A stretch of 64,000 bases of DNA from Pirellulales bacterium (GCA_963733035.1 CAVTBU010000010.1:64001-128000); one strand, 5' to 3'. Positions 40,809 to 53,253 are shown, counted from the first letter of the stretch. Numbers and translations: made by a program. The notes: generated by a model from the letters alone, not told the origin.

Positions 40809-42119
40809 ATGACCGACGCGGCCAAACCCACCGGCGAAGGCAGAAAAGCGCTTGAGTATGCCGCGCTGACGGACGTTGGATTGCGGCGCGGCAACAATCA
40901 AGACTCCTTTGCCGTCGCTCTTGCCGGCGATGACTCCGATTGGCACCGGCGCGGTCATCTACTGATGGTGGCAGATGGCATGGGGGCGCATGCAGCCGGC
41001 GAGCTTGCTAGCAAGATGGCGTGCGAGTCGGTACCGCATACGTATCGCAAGAGTCTCGATCGATCTGCTGCCGAGGCTTTACGGCACGCCGTGGCGACGG
41101 CCAACATCAACATTCACAATCGCGGTCAGGCCAACGCCGAATTTCAGGGCATGGGCACTACCTGCAGTTCACTGGTATTGCTGCCGCGGCACGCCATTGT
41201 GGCTCATGTGGGCGACAGCCGCGTCTATCGCCTGCGTGGCGGCAAGCTGGAACAGCTGACATTTGACCATAGCCTGGTATGGGAGATGATGGCCGCCGGT
41301 CAAATGCCGCGCGGTGAAGTGGCCAATTTCATTCCCAAGAACATCATCACGCGTTCGCTGGGTCCACACGCCGACGTGCAGATCGACATGGAAGGTCCGT
41401 TTCCGCTGGAACCGGGAGACACCTTTCTGCTGTGCAGCGACGGATTGAGCGGGCAACTCAAGGACGAAGAACTCGGCGCGCTGCTCTTGACGCTTTCGCC
41501 CAGCGAGGCGGTGCGAGTTTTGGTCGACGTGGCGAACTTGCGTGGCGGCCCCGATAACATCACGGTCATCGTGGCCCGTGTGAATTGCGTGCCGGCCGAA
41601 GAAGAGGCCGAGACGGTCGTAGCCGAGGCGTCCGGTGCCTCATCCAGCGTGAATCCGATGTGGTGGGGAGCGATGGCGGTTTGCCTGGCCGCGGGACTGG
41701 TATTGGCCGTAGCACGTTATTATGTGGCGGCGCTGGTCGGCGTGCTGATTGGCGCGGCCAGTGCCGTTGGCGCGCTAATTCAAGGGATGTCGGCGCCGGC
41801 ACCCGACGTTCGCGAAAATTTCGACGGTCCCTTGGGCACCGGTCCGCATGCGGCCTTCGATTGCGCGCCGACCGCGACGAGCGTCGCGGCGGCCTCGCAA
41901 TTGGCGGGCCAATTGCGCGAAGCCACGCGCAACGAGCACTGGACGCTCGATTGGGGCCACTTCAATTCGCTCGGCGAACAAGCGCAAGCCGCTCTGAACA
42001 AAGGCGACCATCACGAAGCGGTTCGCAGTTATGCGCTGGCAATCACGTTCATGATGAACGAAATTCGCAGCCAGGCTTCCAAAAAGGACCATCGAGACAA
42101 CTCCGTGCTCGACACCTAG
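40809..42119 (+). CDS. PP2C/PPM Ser/Thr protein phosphatase with TM helices
   Basis: TDVGLRRGNNQD, VADGMG, GMGTT, HVGDSR, LCSDGL, GGPDNIT. Confidence 0.93.
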   Translation: MTDAAKPTGEGRKALEYAALTDVGLRRGNNQDSFAVALAGDDSDWHRRGHLLMVADGMGAHAAGELASKMACESVPHTYRKSLDRSAAEALRHAVATANINIHNRGQANAEFQGMGTTCSSLVLLPRHAIVAHVGDSRVYRLRGGKLEQLTFDHSLVWEMMAAGQMPRGEVANFIPKNIITRSLGPHADVQIDMEGPFPLEPGDTFLLCSDGLSGQLKDEELGALLLTLSPSEAVRVLVDVANLRGGPDNITVIVARVNCVPAEEEAETVVAEASGASSSVNPMWWGAMAVCLAAGLVLAVARYYVAALVGVLIGAASAVGALIQGMSAPAPDVRENFDGPLGTGPHAAFDCAPTATSVAAASQLAGQLREATRNEHWTLDWGHFNSLGEQAQAALNKGDHHEAVRSYALAITFMMNEIRSQASKKDHRDNSVLDT

Positions 42120-42130
42120 GTCTGACGCCG

Positions 42131-43649
42131 CTACGCGGCCTGCGCGCGATCGATTGGTGCGGTGACTGGTTCCGTCGTCGGAGCATCGCGCAGCGCCGTT
42201 GCCGCCGCTTTCGCCGGCCACAACAGCACGCCGCAGGTCGCGAAATACCATGCCGTGGTGCCCAGGCCCAGCAGGCCGATCCGCCCGGCGTGGTGCAGCG
42301 CCGCGTAATGGCTGATGACGAGTATCGGAGGAACCGCGGCCACCGCGCAGGCCCATCGCCAGCGTCCAGCGCGCAGCAGCCACAGCGGCGCAAAGACGTT
42401 GGCTGGAAGCAGAAGCATGTAGTAGTGTCCGCGGGCGATCGTGAACACAACCAGCGTTGCCGCGCAGGCCAACCCGAACGCCGCCGCGTGACCCAATCGA
42501 TCGTGTCGGCGGCCCATCTGGAAGCTCACCACCAGAATCAGGCAGCCGGCCAGCGCGGATGCCAAATACTGCTTTTTCCGTCCATTTGGCGTCCATCAGC
42601 AGTCCCCGGCCGCCGCGGCGCAGCTGCTCGGGGCCCTCGTCGTGTGGGCCGCCGGCAAAATAGTAGTGAGCCCAGTTGCCGAAACGGTACGCCGAATTGG
42701 CCAGGCTTTGGTTGCGAACGGTCGTCGAGTTGCCGGCGAAGTTGTCTTCGCTGATGTCTTCGGCATGCACGACGACGGTCTTCCACCAGGTTTCGAGGTG
42801 CTGGACATTGGTCCGCCAACCGACAAACAGCGCCGGCACGATGAGCAGCCAAATCGCCATTCCTCCGGCAAGCCCGCAGGCGCCCGCGCCCGCTTGATTC
42901 CATGTGGCAGGCGTGCGTGCGTGCCAGGCGGTGGAGAATTGCTGCCAAACGACGACGCAAGCCGGGACGATGGGTGTGATTTTCAGGGTAACAGCCAGGG
43001 CCAAAACAATTCCACCGAGGGCTGTTTTCCAGAGCATTCGATTGTCGATCAACAAGCGAAAACCGAGCAGCAGCAGATAGAGCTTGGCCACACCGACTTG
43101 TCCGCGTTGCATGCAGTTCAGCGCGGGAAGTGTCGCGCCGGCAATCGCGACCACGGCCAGAGGGGTTGGAACCAGGCCAAAATGTCCTTCGGGACGGTCG
43201 GCCGGCAGCACCAGGCGCGCAATGCGCAGCAACTCGCGGTAACAACCCCAGCAGGTAAGCACACTGATGGCGAACCACACCAGCACCTGATCGCGGGAAT
43301 CGAGCTCGTGTAGCGGGGAGACCAGAATCGCGAACAGCGGCGGATATAGATATCCCCAACCGCGCGGGTTGGTCACCTTGTAGGGGTCGCGTCCGTCGAA
43401 GAATGCCGCGCCGGCTTCGGTGTAGACGGTGAAATCGGTCTTGTGGATCCAGCGATCGTTAGGATCAATCGTGCCGCGTTTGCGCACATCGAACCAACCC
43501 CAAATTGCCATGGCGATAAGGAGTCCACCGATAACTCGAAAGCGAGTTGGCCACAGCCAGTGGCGCTTGCGTTGGGTGCCGGCGGGCGGCAAGTCGGCTT
43601 GTTGGTTCACGGGAAGCGTTATTTTCGGAACACGAAGGCGGTGCTGCAT
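42131..43649 (-). CDS. GT87/DUF2029 membrane glycosyltransferase, frameshift near 42560
   Basis: DFTVY...DPY, YLYPPLF, GQV, LKITP, NQSL; many TM segments. Confidence 0.82.
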
Positions 43650-43904
43650 TCACCCCCCAATCTGTGCAGTCGATTGGGACGGCCGGCGAACCCTATCTTG
43701 CCGGATTCCTTGGGTCAAGATCGATTCGTAGTACGTTAAGGACTTGTCAAGAATGTGTGGCATCCGTGCGTTTAACGGTATTGGTCGGTTGTTCGGAAGG
43801 ATGCTACACTCTCCCGCCCGTCGCCGGCTCTGCTCGGCCGCTTGCTGCCGGCGGCGCGGGGTCAGCTTCCGCACCTAAAAGCGCCAGCGACAAGGAGGTC
43901 GCCG

Positions 43905-45525
43905 TTGCTTTCGAAGTGGCCAATTCGTAACAAACTGCTGTTCGGCATCGGCTTGCTGGTGGTGATCGTGGCCACGCTTTCGGCCAGCGGATTCATCAGC
44001 GTATATGCCTATCGCAGCCTCGTGCGCGAGTCTGCGCGGGCGTGCCGAAGAACTGCCCATGGCCGGAGCCTTGGCACGCGGCGTGAGCGATCTGCGGGTG
44101 ATTGTGGGCGAGGTTCGCAGCGCGCGCAACGTGTTGAGCCCACAGGGACGAATGATCCTGCCTTTGGAAAGGGACGTGCTGCTCAGTCAATTCAATGGCG
44201 GCATGGATCAGGTGCGTAGCACCCTGCAGGAATATCGCCTGCAATTGATTGAGTTGGCCGCTGAAAATCCGCGCGGTTCCGATATCAACGATAGCAGCGC
44301 CGAATGGGAGACCGTTCACAAGATCGAACGCTCGCTCGAGCGAATTGCTGATGCCTCTTTTGACACCGATTGGCCGACCGATGAGGCGAAGATCGACACC
44401 ATCGGCATGGAACTCGACAATCTGCAGGAGCTAACGTGGATCCTGCCGAGCTATCTGCACGAGCGAATTCACGGCTTTGCCGACGAAGTAAAAGGGCACT
44501 ACCGCACGCTGATCGGACTAAATTGGATCACCACGGTGCTGGCCGCGCTGCTGATGTTTCTGGTGATGCGGCTGTTCTATAGCTGGGTTTTTCGCCCGCT
44601 GCAGGTGCTAGTGATGGGAGCCCGCCGTGTGGCGGCCGGCGAGTTTGGCTACCGAATTGCCTTGGACAGACGCGACGAAATTGGCGAATTGGCCGATGCC
44701 ATGAACGACACGATCGCGCGGTTCGAAGCGATTCGCGACGACCTTGACCGGCAGGTTCGCGAGCGCACCAAGCAGGTCGTGCGTAGCGAGCAATTGGCCA
44801 GCGTCGGCTTTCTGGCCGCGGGCGTGGCACACGAGATCAACAATCCCTTGCAGTCGATCGCCTTGTGCGGCGAGTCGCTGGAAAGCCGCGTTGAGGAGGT
44901 GCTCGAAGCGGCACCGACCATCGCCGACTCCGATCGCGAGGTGATCCGCAGCTACGTGAAAATGATTCAGGACGAGGCGTTCCGCTGTAAAGGCATCACC
45001 GAGCGGTTGCTCGACTTTTCGCGGATGGGAGACGTAACGCGTCAGACGACCGACTTGCGCGAGCTGATCGGCGGTGTGATCGACATGGTCGGCCACTTGG
45101 GCCGCTATCAAGACAAGCGTCTCGACCTGGTGCCCGGCGAGGCGGTCGTGGCGCCGGTCAACCCGCAAGAACTCAAGCAAGTGGTGCTTAATCTGATTAC
45201 CAACGGACTCGACAGCCTGTCGCCCGGCGGCGTGCTGTCGATCGAACTGCGCAAATCCAACGACATGGCCGAGATCGTCTTTACCGACGACGGTTGCGGC
45301 ATGACCGAGGAAGTTCTCAAGCACTTGTTCGAGCCGTTCTTTACCCGCCGACGTAGCGGGCAGGGGACCGGACTGGGGCTTTCCATTACCTATCGCATCG
45401 TCGCCGACCACGGCGGACAGATTGACGTGCATAGCGACGGCCCGGGCCGCGGAGCGCGTTTTCGAGTATTGCTGCCCTTGGCCGAGAAGCAGAAGGAGAG
45501 AGATCATCGCTACCAAGCCGCATAA
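43905..45525 (+). CDS. HAMP sensor histidine kinase, frameshift near 44028
   Basis: AAGGAGG before TTG; two TMs, HAMP, AHEINNPL, NLITN, DDGCG, FFT, GTGLGL. Confidence 0.92.
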
Positions 45526-46912
45526 TCGCTTGAAACTGTTGTTCGCCGACGACGAGCGCTCGCTGCAAGAGTTGATGAAGATCGAGCTGCCGCGGATGGG
45601 GCACGACGTCACGGTCTGTCCCGACGGATTGACCGCCGTGGCTGCCCTGGAACGCAACAGTTACGACTGCATTCTGGTCGACCTTGACATGCCCGGGCTG
45701 ACCGGCATCGAAGTGATTGCCAAGGCCAAGGAGTACTCGCCTCATACGGATGCCGTGGTGTTGACCGGCAAGTCGTCGATGGAAACCGCCATCGCCGCTT
45801 TACGTCATGGCGCGTTTGACTATCTGACCAAACCCTGCAAGCTCGTTGAGTTGCAGTCGCTGCTCAACCGCGTCTCCGAGAAGCGTGAACTGACGAACAA
45901 GTACCTGGCCATCAAGCGGCAACTCGAACGCGTCGAGGGCAAGAGCCAGCTGATCGGCGAGAGCCCCGCCATGGACCGCGTGCGGACGCTGATCGCCAAG
46001 GTGGCGCCCACCAATAGCACGGCACTCATCCTCGGCGAAACCGGCACCGGCAAGGAACTGGTGGCTCGGGCGCTGCACGATCAGAGCCTGCGGGCCGATA
46101 TGCCGTTCGTGGCCATCAACTGCGGCGCGCTGCCCGAGAGCCTGATCGAAAGCGAATTGTTCGGTCATCGTCGCGGCAGCTTTACCGGCGCCGACGAACA
46201 CCGCGTGGGTTTGTTCGAAGTGGCCAACGGCGGAACGCTGTTTCTCGATGAAATTGGCGAGCTGCCCAAGGCCATGCAAGCCAAGCTGCTGCGGGTGCTC
46301 GAAAGCGGCGAAATCCGTCGCGTGGGCGAGAACGAATCGTTTACGATCGACGTGCGGGTGGTCTGCGCCACGCACCGGCACCTGGAACAGATGGTCGACG
46401 AAGGAGAATTTCGCGAAGACCTGATGTTTCGGATCAACACGTTTGAAATTCACTTGCCTCCGCTGCGCGAGAGGACCGACGACATCGAACTGCTGGCCCG
46501 GCACCTGGTGCAGCGATTCCGCCGCGGCGCCCGACCCGACGATGAGTTGTTCACGCCGGAGGCGATTCGCCTGCTGACCGAGCACAGCTGGCCAGGCAAC
46601 GTCCGCGAGCTGGCCAACGTCATCGAACATGCGACGATTCTCTGTGAATCGGGACCGATTTCGGTGGAGCACCTGCCGCAGCGATTCGAAAACCGCCGGA
46701 TGCGAACGAGCACGGCGGGCGGGTCCGCGCCGTTGAAAGCAGTTGGTTCGGGTTCGCAGACCCTGCGCGAAATCGAAATGCAGGTTATCTACCAGACACT
46801 CGAGCGGCTGGGAGGCAATAAGCCGAAGGCCGCCGAAGAGCTCGGCATCAGCCTGAAGACGCTCTACAACAAGCTGAACCAATCGAGCGCGGCGTTGGAG
46901 CGTTCGGCATAA
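45506..46912 (+). CDS. sigma-54-dependent (NtrC family) response regulator; start uncertain (ATC 45506 or TTG 45530)
   Basis: FADDE, DLDMPG receiver; [30 protein letters not shown], Fis HTH. Confidence 0.93.
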   Translation: MATKPHNRLKLLFADDERSLQELMKIELPRMGHDVTVCPDGLTAVAALERNSYDCILVDLDMPGLTGIEVIAKAKEYSPHTDAVVLTGKSSMETAIAALRHGAFDYLTKPCKLVELQSLLNRVSEKRELTNKYLAIKRQLERVEGKSQLIGESPAMDRVRTLIAKVAPTNSTALILGETGTGKELVARALHDQSLRADMPFVAINCGALPESLIESELFGHRRGSFTGADEHRVGLFEVANGGTLFLDEIGELPKAMQAKLLRVLESGEIRRVGENESFTIDVRVVCATHRHLEQMVDEGEFREDLMFRINTFEIHLPPLRERTDDIELLARHLVQRFRRGARPDDELFTPEAIRLLTEHSWPGNVRELANVIEHATILCESGPISVEHLPQRFENRRMRTSTAGGSAPLKAVGSGSQTLREIEMQVIYQTLERLGGNKPKAAEELGISLKTLYNKLNQSSAALERSA

Positions 46913-46999
46913 GCGCCACGGTGCGATTGCCAGGTGATTGCCGGAGTGATCGCGTGTTCCGCGGCCATTGCTCACACGGCGCTGCGTGATCCCGGCGGA

Positions 47000-47602
47000 T
47001 TATTCCACCTGCCGCACGACGCCAACGACAACGCCGAGGATTTTGGCGTGCTTGACGTAGATGGGTTTCATCGTGGCGTTGGCGGGCTCGAGGCGGATGC
47101 GATTCTTTTCCAGGTAAAATCGTTTCAACGTGGCCTCGCCTTCGTCGGTTTGCACGACCGCGATTTGACCGTCGCGAGCGGTGCGTTGCTTGCGAACGAC
47201 CACGAAGTCGCCGTCGGCAATTTGGGCGTCGATCATCGACTCGCCCGACACCTCCAGTACGAACAAGTTCTTGTGATCGAACATCGCGCCGAAGTCGATC
47301 CGCTCGTCCTGTTCGATGGCTTCGTGCAGCACGCCGGCGGCAATGCGGCCGGCTAGCGGCAGACCACGGTCTTCGATCGACTCGGCAGCCAGTTGAATGG
47401 CCCGCGACATATTCGGCTCGCGTGTGATCAGCCCCTTCTTTTCCAGGGCCTTCAGATGGCACATCACGCCGTTTGGCGAGCTGATGCGAAAATAATCGCC
47501 GATCTCGCGGACCGTCGGGCCGTAACCGCGATTTCGAATCTTGTCGCGAATGAATTCGTAAACGTCCTTCTGTCGCTCGGTCAATTGGTCCGTTACGGAC
47601 AT
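47000..47602 (-). CDS. lexA: SOS repressor LexA
   Basis: PTVREIG HTH, IAAG cleavage site, GESM serine, TLKR lysine. Confidence 0.96.
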   Translation of the reverse strand: MSVTDQLTERQKDVYEFIRDKIRNRGYGPTVREIGDYFRISSPNGVMCHLKALEKKGLITREPNMSRAIQLAAESIEDRGLPLAGRIAAGVLHEAIEQDERIDFGAMFDHKNLFVLEVSGESMIDAQIADGDFVVVRKQRTARDGQIAVVQTDEGEATLKRFYLEKNRIRLEPANATMKPIYVKHAKILGVVVGVVRQVE

Positions 47603-47648
47603 GATCCAGGGCTTCCTGTGGGGGTTGGCGGAATGTCACCGCGACTTC

Positions 47649-47689
47649 ACTATAATATACGCCTGTACATAATCAATAGCATCTGTACA
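47649..47689 (-). promoter_or_regulatory. lexA promoter with candidate operator
   Basis: Minus strand TTGATT-N16-TATAGT. The spacer holds TATAC-GCCT-GTACA, and CTGTACA occurs twice 20 bp apart. Confidence 0.55.
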
Positions 47690-47849
47690 CCATCGGCGGA
47701 AAATCCCCGATTTCTTGAGCCGTTCACCTAGCCGTCGCGACCGGAAAAGGCCGATACGTACCCATGCGCGGCCATCGATTTGCATTGACCCGACCTGGGT
47801 CTTGCGAAAGAATGCTTTGTAGACGTATCTGCCACGCTGGCTGGGGAAT

Positions 47850-48316
47850 ATGGTTCATTCGCTGCTATCCCTGATGCTGTTGGCAACCCAGGTCCTTTCC
47901 TGGAATGCCGCGCCGCTGTTCCTGTGCCTGGACGCGGATGGCTCGGTGTGCATCGACTTCGGACCGGACAGTTGCGGCTGCTGTCACCAGGACGCTGGCA
48001 CCGCCGATGATGGCCATGAGCATGCCGGGTGCGGCCACGCCGAACGCGACCGCGCCACGTGCGACTCGCGGACTTCGCAGGCGACTTCGGTTCCTTGCGG
48101 CTGCGAGCACGTGCAGCTTTCCGATCAGCAGACGGCCACGCTCGACCGGGCTCCGCTGGATGGCGCGAGCGGGCCGCTGGGTCAGCCGGTGGCCATCCAC
48201 TCTTGCTCGAACCCGCAGGTGCTCGGCCGGGTCGGCGCTGCCACCGGTGCTGCCCATCGATTGCCGGCTTCAACCGACGCGATCATGCTGCGCGCGGCAT
48301 CGTGCTGCGCTGTTGA
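47850..48316 (+). CDS. exported Cys/His-rich hypothetical protein (candidate leader); apparent frameshift near 48290
   Basis: Signal-like N-terminus, LCL..DG.VCID, CGCC, HEH, CGCEH; a plausible end GIVLRC* lies in the adjacent frame. Confidence 0.6.
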
Positions 48317-48484
48317 ATTTGCGCCCCCCGGGTGCGGATTTATCTTGCGTAGCCTGAGCGTTCTTTCATGGACGTCCGGTTTCGCGACGCACTCTCTGGC
48401 TTCGCGTCGATCACGGTTTTGGTTCTGTTTCACGTACCGAATTGCGCGCCGCCTGGTGGCAGCGCGTTCTTCAGGAGCATCCCG

Positions 48485-50104
48485 ATGTCCATCGCCTCTC
48501 CTACCCGCTCAGACAGCCCTGCACCGCGCATTGAGCCGCGCACGATCGCGCCATCGCGGCCGCCAACTGCTGGCACTCGTGACGGGCAACCTGCCGAGCA
48601 TCCTGGTATTCGCGCTGCTTGGCGGAGTGCTGTTGTTGGGGCACGAGACCGGCTGGAAGCTACCGTCGCTTTCGGCCTTGTCCGGTAGCTCGTCGGCCGC
48701 CAGCGATGATTGGTGCGCCGAGCATCTCGTGCCCGAGGCAAGCTGCGTCGAGTGTCGCGACGGACTGCTTCCCAAGTTGCCTTCGTTCGGCTTCTGCCGC
48801 ACGCATGGGGTGGCAGAGTGCGTAATCTGTCATCCGGAACTGGCCCAGGTGCGCGGCGAGCCGCGGTTGCCGGCCTACGACACCGCGGCCGCGCTGGCGG
48901 TGATGGATCGTCCGACGAACAACAGCCGCAATATGCTCCACGAGCGGCTGGTGCAATTTGCCTCGGCCGAGAGCGCAGAAGGCTGGCGTGATGGTGAATG
49001 TGGTGCAGGAAGAGCCCATGAGCGACATCGTGAAGGCCAACGGCGAGATCCAATTCGATCCCACACGCGTGGCGCATCTCTCGCCGCGCGCCGGGAACGG
49101 TGGCACAGGTATTCAAGATCGTGGGCGACGACGTGCACGCCGGCGACGTATTGGCGCTGGTCGACGTGGCTGCTGTCGGTCAGGCCAAAGCCGACTTGAT
49201 CCAGGCGATTGTCGCCAGGCGTCTTCGCGCAACGAACCTTGAACGCGTGAAAGCCGCGGGCGTTGGCGTGGCTGGAATTCGAATCACGGAGGCGGAGGCG
49301 GCGTTGGAAGAGGCCGACGTGCGACTGATTTCCGCTCGGCAGGCCCTGGTAAACCTGGGGTTGGAAGTACCCGAAGAGCTTGGCGACGCCGATCCGAGAC
49401 AAGTCGCCGAGGACCTGCGGTTCTTGGGCATTCCTACCGAGATTGTTGCCATGCTACCGGCCGGCACACGGTCGGCCAATCTGTATGCCGTGCGAGCACC
49501 GTACGACGGCGTGGTGGTTTCCTCCGACAGCGTGCTGGGCGAGGTGGTTAGCCAAGGCGACGTGCTTTATACGGTGGCCGATCCGCGGCGGATGTGGCTA
49601 ACGCTGGCCGTGCCGCAAGAAGATGCTCGCTATGTCAAACCGGGGCTGGCCGTGAAGTTCAGCACGGACGAGGCGGCTCAAGAGGTTAACGGAAGCATCT
49701 CCTGGGTCAGCACCACGATCGACCAACGGACGCGAACCTTGCAGGCTCGAGTCGTACTCGATAACTCCAGCGGTCGGCTCAAGGATAAGACTTTCGGTAC
49801 CGGCCGGATTGTGCTCCGCGAAGAGCCGCGGGCGATTGTCGTGCCGCGCGAGGCGGTGCAGGCCACGGCCGACGCGACGTTCGTGTTCGTGCGAGACAAG
49901 AACTACCTGACCAAGGGCGCCCCGAAGGTATTCCACGTGCGTCAGGTGCGCACCGGAGCAGCGGACGACGCGCACGTCGAGTTGTTAGCCGGGGTGCTGC
50001 CCGGCGAGGTGGTCGCGACGACGGGAAGCAACGTGCTGCTATCGCAATTGCTCCGCAGCAACCTCGGCGCTGGGTGCGGCTGCCACGACGCTTCGGCCAA
50101 GTAA
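48485..50104 (+). CDS. czcB: heavy-metal RND periplasmic adaptor (CzcB/CusB-like) with Cys/His N-terminal modules; three frameshifts (about 48550, 48975, 49092)
   Basis: AGGAG RBS, TM anchor, lipoyl-like GDDVHAGDVL, VRAPYDGVV, IDQRTRTLQAR, PGEVVATTGS. Confidence 0.85.
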
Positions 50105-50117
50105 GGAAACACACGCC

Positions 50118-53100
50118 GTGGACCTGCTCAATCGGATTATCGACTTTTCGCTGCACAATCGGCTGATCGTGCTGATCGGCACGGGCCTTGCCGTGGTGAC
50201 GGGTGTCTATGCGCTCGGGCAATTGGACATCGACGCATTTCCGGACAGCACGCCCGTGCAGGTGCAGATCAACACGACCGCGCCGGCGCTGCGCCGGAGG
50301 AAGTCGAGCGGCTGATCACATTTCCGATCGAGCAGGCGATCAGCGGCCTGCCGGGGCTCGAGCAACTGCGTTCGATTTCCAAGTTCGGTTTGTCGCAGGT
50401 GGTGGTGCTGTTCGAAGACGGGGTAGATATTTACTTCGCGCGGCAATTGATCAACGAGCGACTGGCCACGGTGGAAATGCCGCCGGAAGTGGCGCGGCCC
50501 AAGATGGGACCCGTGGCCACGGGGCTCGGCGAGGTGTTCCATTATGTCGTTTCGGGGCAGGGAACCGATCCGACGGATTTGCGGACGATTCACGACTGGG
50601 TGATCAAACCGCCGATGCGCACCGTGCCGGGCACGGCCGAGATCAACAGTTGGGGCGGTTATGAAAAGCAGTACCAGATTCGCATCGACCCCCAGCGGCT
50701 GATCGAGCACGGACTGACGTTCGGCGAAGTGGTCGAGGCGGTCAAAAAGAACAACTTCAATGTTGGCGGCGGCAACATCAGCCGGCCCAGCGGCATGCTC
50801 TTGGTGCAAGGAGTCGGTCGCACGGTCAACGTGGAGGAGATTCGTAACATCGTGGTCGCGGCCCAGGACGGCGTGCCGATTCGCACCTCCGACGTGGCCG
50901 ACGTCCAGATCGGTCACGAAATTCGCCGCGGCGCGGTTACGGCCGACGGCAAGGGCGAAGTCGTGCTCGGCCTCGGCTTCATGCTGATGGGCGAAAATAG
51001 CCACGAGGTGACTTGGAATCTTCGCGAAAAGCTCAAGGAAGTAGCTGCCACGCTGCCCCCCAATGTCGAGGTGACGCCGGTCTACGATCGCACGGAACTG
51101 GTCAACTACGTGATCGACACCGTCCGTAAGAACCTCTTCGAGGGCGGGCTGCTGGTCGTGGCCGTGCTGTTCGCGTTCCTTGGCAACCTGCGGGCGGCGG
51201 CCATCGTGGCCCTGGCGATTCCGCTTTCGATGCTGTTCGCCTTTACGGGCATGTGGCGGTTTAGCATTGCCGCCAGCCTGTTGAGTTTGGGGGCGATCGA
51301 TTTCGGCATGATCGTCGACAGCTCGGTGGTGATGATCGAAAACTGCGTTCGGCACCTGGCGCACAACACCGACGGCCGTGATCGGTTGGACGTGATTCGC
51401 GACGCCGCGGTTGAGGTACGCCGGCCCACGCTGTTCGGCGAAATGATCATCATGATCGTTTACCTGCCGATCCTCACGCTAGAGGGGATCGAGGGCAAGC
51501 TGTTTCGCCCGATGGCTCTGACGGTGATCTTCGCGCTGGTTGGTTCGATGATCGTATCGCTGACACTGATGCCGGTGCTGGCCAGCTTTCTACTGCCCAA
51601 GAAGATCGCCGAACGCGAGCCGATGCTGATGCGCTTGGCACATGCCATTCACCGGCCGGTGCTGAACTTTGCCATGCACCACAAGCTGGCCGTGCTGGGG
51701 TTTGCGGCGAGCGTTTTGATTGTGGCCTTTGGCATGATCGCGCCGCATCTCGGATCGGAATTCGTGCCCCGGCTTTCCGAGGGAGCGATTGCGATTGGCG
51801 TGGTGCGGTTGGCCGGTACGGATCTGGAAGAGTCGATTCGCTACAACACCGAGATGGAGCGGGCGATCCTGCAAGAATTTCCCGACGAGGTGCAGCACGT
51901 CTGGAGCCGCGTCGGCAGCGCCGAAGTTGCCACCGATCCGATGGGCGTGGAACTGACCGATACGTTCGTCACGCTGAAGCCGCGCTCCGAGTGGACCAAG
52001 GCCCGCACGCAGGCGGAGTTCACCGAGAAACTCGACAAGCTGCTCCGCGATCTGCCGGGCCAGCGGTTGTCGTACTCGCAGCCGATTGAAATGCGCATGA
52101 ACGAGATGGTTTCCGGCGTGCGTGCCGATTTGGGAATCAAACTGTTCGGCGACGACTTCGACGTGCTGGTGGAGAAGGCCGGCGAAATTGAGGCCGTGCT
52201 GCGGTCGATACCGGGTAATGCCGACGTGGCGGTTGAACAGATCACCGGTCAGCCCGTGTTGCAAGTGAAGGTCGACCAGGAGCAGATTGCCCGTTACGGG
52301 GTCTCGGCCCAAGCGGTGCTGGAACTGGTCGAATCGATTGGCTCGAAGCCGCTGGGCGAAATCGTGGAAGGGCAGCTGCGATTTCCGCTGATCGTGCGGC
52401 TGCCGGAAGACGTGCGGCAAAGTCCCGAGTCGATCGGCGCAATGCTCATCGCCACGCCCTCGGGCGAGCGGATACCGCTTTCGCGGCTGGCCAAGGTCGA
52501 GATCGTCGAAGGACCATCAACGATTACCCGTGAATGGTATCAGCGGCGGATTACGATCACCTCGAACGTTCGCGGCCGCGACCTGGGCAGCTTCGTGGCC
52601 GAGGCCCGCCGGCGAATTGCCGACGAGGTGGCGCTTCCGTCGGGACGTTATCGCTTGGAGTACGGCGGGCAGTTCGAAAACCTGGAGCGCGCCCGCACAC
52701 GGCTGTTGATCGTGGTGCCGGTGTCGCTGGCGTTGATATTCATGCTGCTGTATTTCACGTATCACAACCTGGTCGACGCGCTGCGGGTTTTTACCGGAAT
52801 TCCCTTTGCCTGGGTGGGTGGTATTTTCGCCCTCTGGCTGCGCGATATGCCGTTCTCGATTTCCGCCGGCGTCGGCTTCATTGCCATGTCGGGCGTGGCA
52901 GTGCTGGACGACATGATTCTGGTGTCTTACATCCGGCAACTCCGCGGCGCGGTCTGCCGCTCGACGCGGCGGTGACCCAGGCAGCGGTGACGCGGCTGCG
53001 GCCGGTGCTGATGACGACGCTCGTGGCAGCGCTCGGTTTTCTGCCGATGGCGCTGAGCACGGGCATGGGCGCCGAAGTGCAGCGGCCGTTGGCCACGGTA

Positions 53101-53253
53101 GTGATCGGCGGCGTAATCGGTTCGATGGTGATGTCGCTGTTGGTGCTTCGCGTGCTGTATATGGTCTTCAGCAAGGTGGCCGGTCGCGATGACGACGCGC
53201 CAACGGAATCGCTCGCAGGCGAAGAAGAGAAGTTGGCGACCTTGGTTTCTTAG
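50118..53253 (+). CDS. czcA: CusA/CzcA family heavy-metal RND permease; frameshifts near 50292 and 52947
   Basis: IDAFPD, EEVERLITFPIE, SLGAIDFGMIVDSSVVMIEN, RLRPVLMT, GAEVQRPLATVVIGG. Confidence 0.93.

Noticed and set aside
47850..49199. 449-aa ORF fusing the Cys-rich leader to czcB
   Set aside because: The middle reads like translated intergenic sequence and czcB has its own RBS + ATG at 48485; probably created by indel errors.
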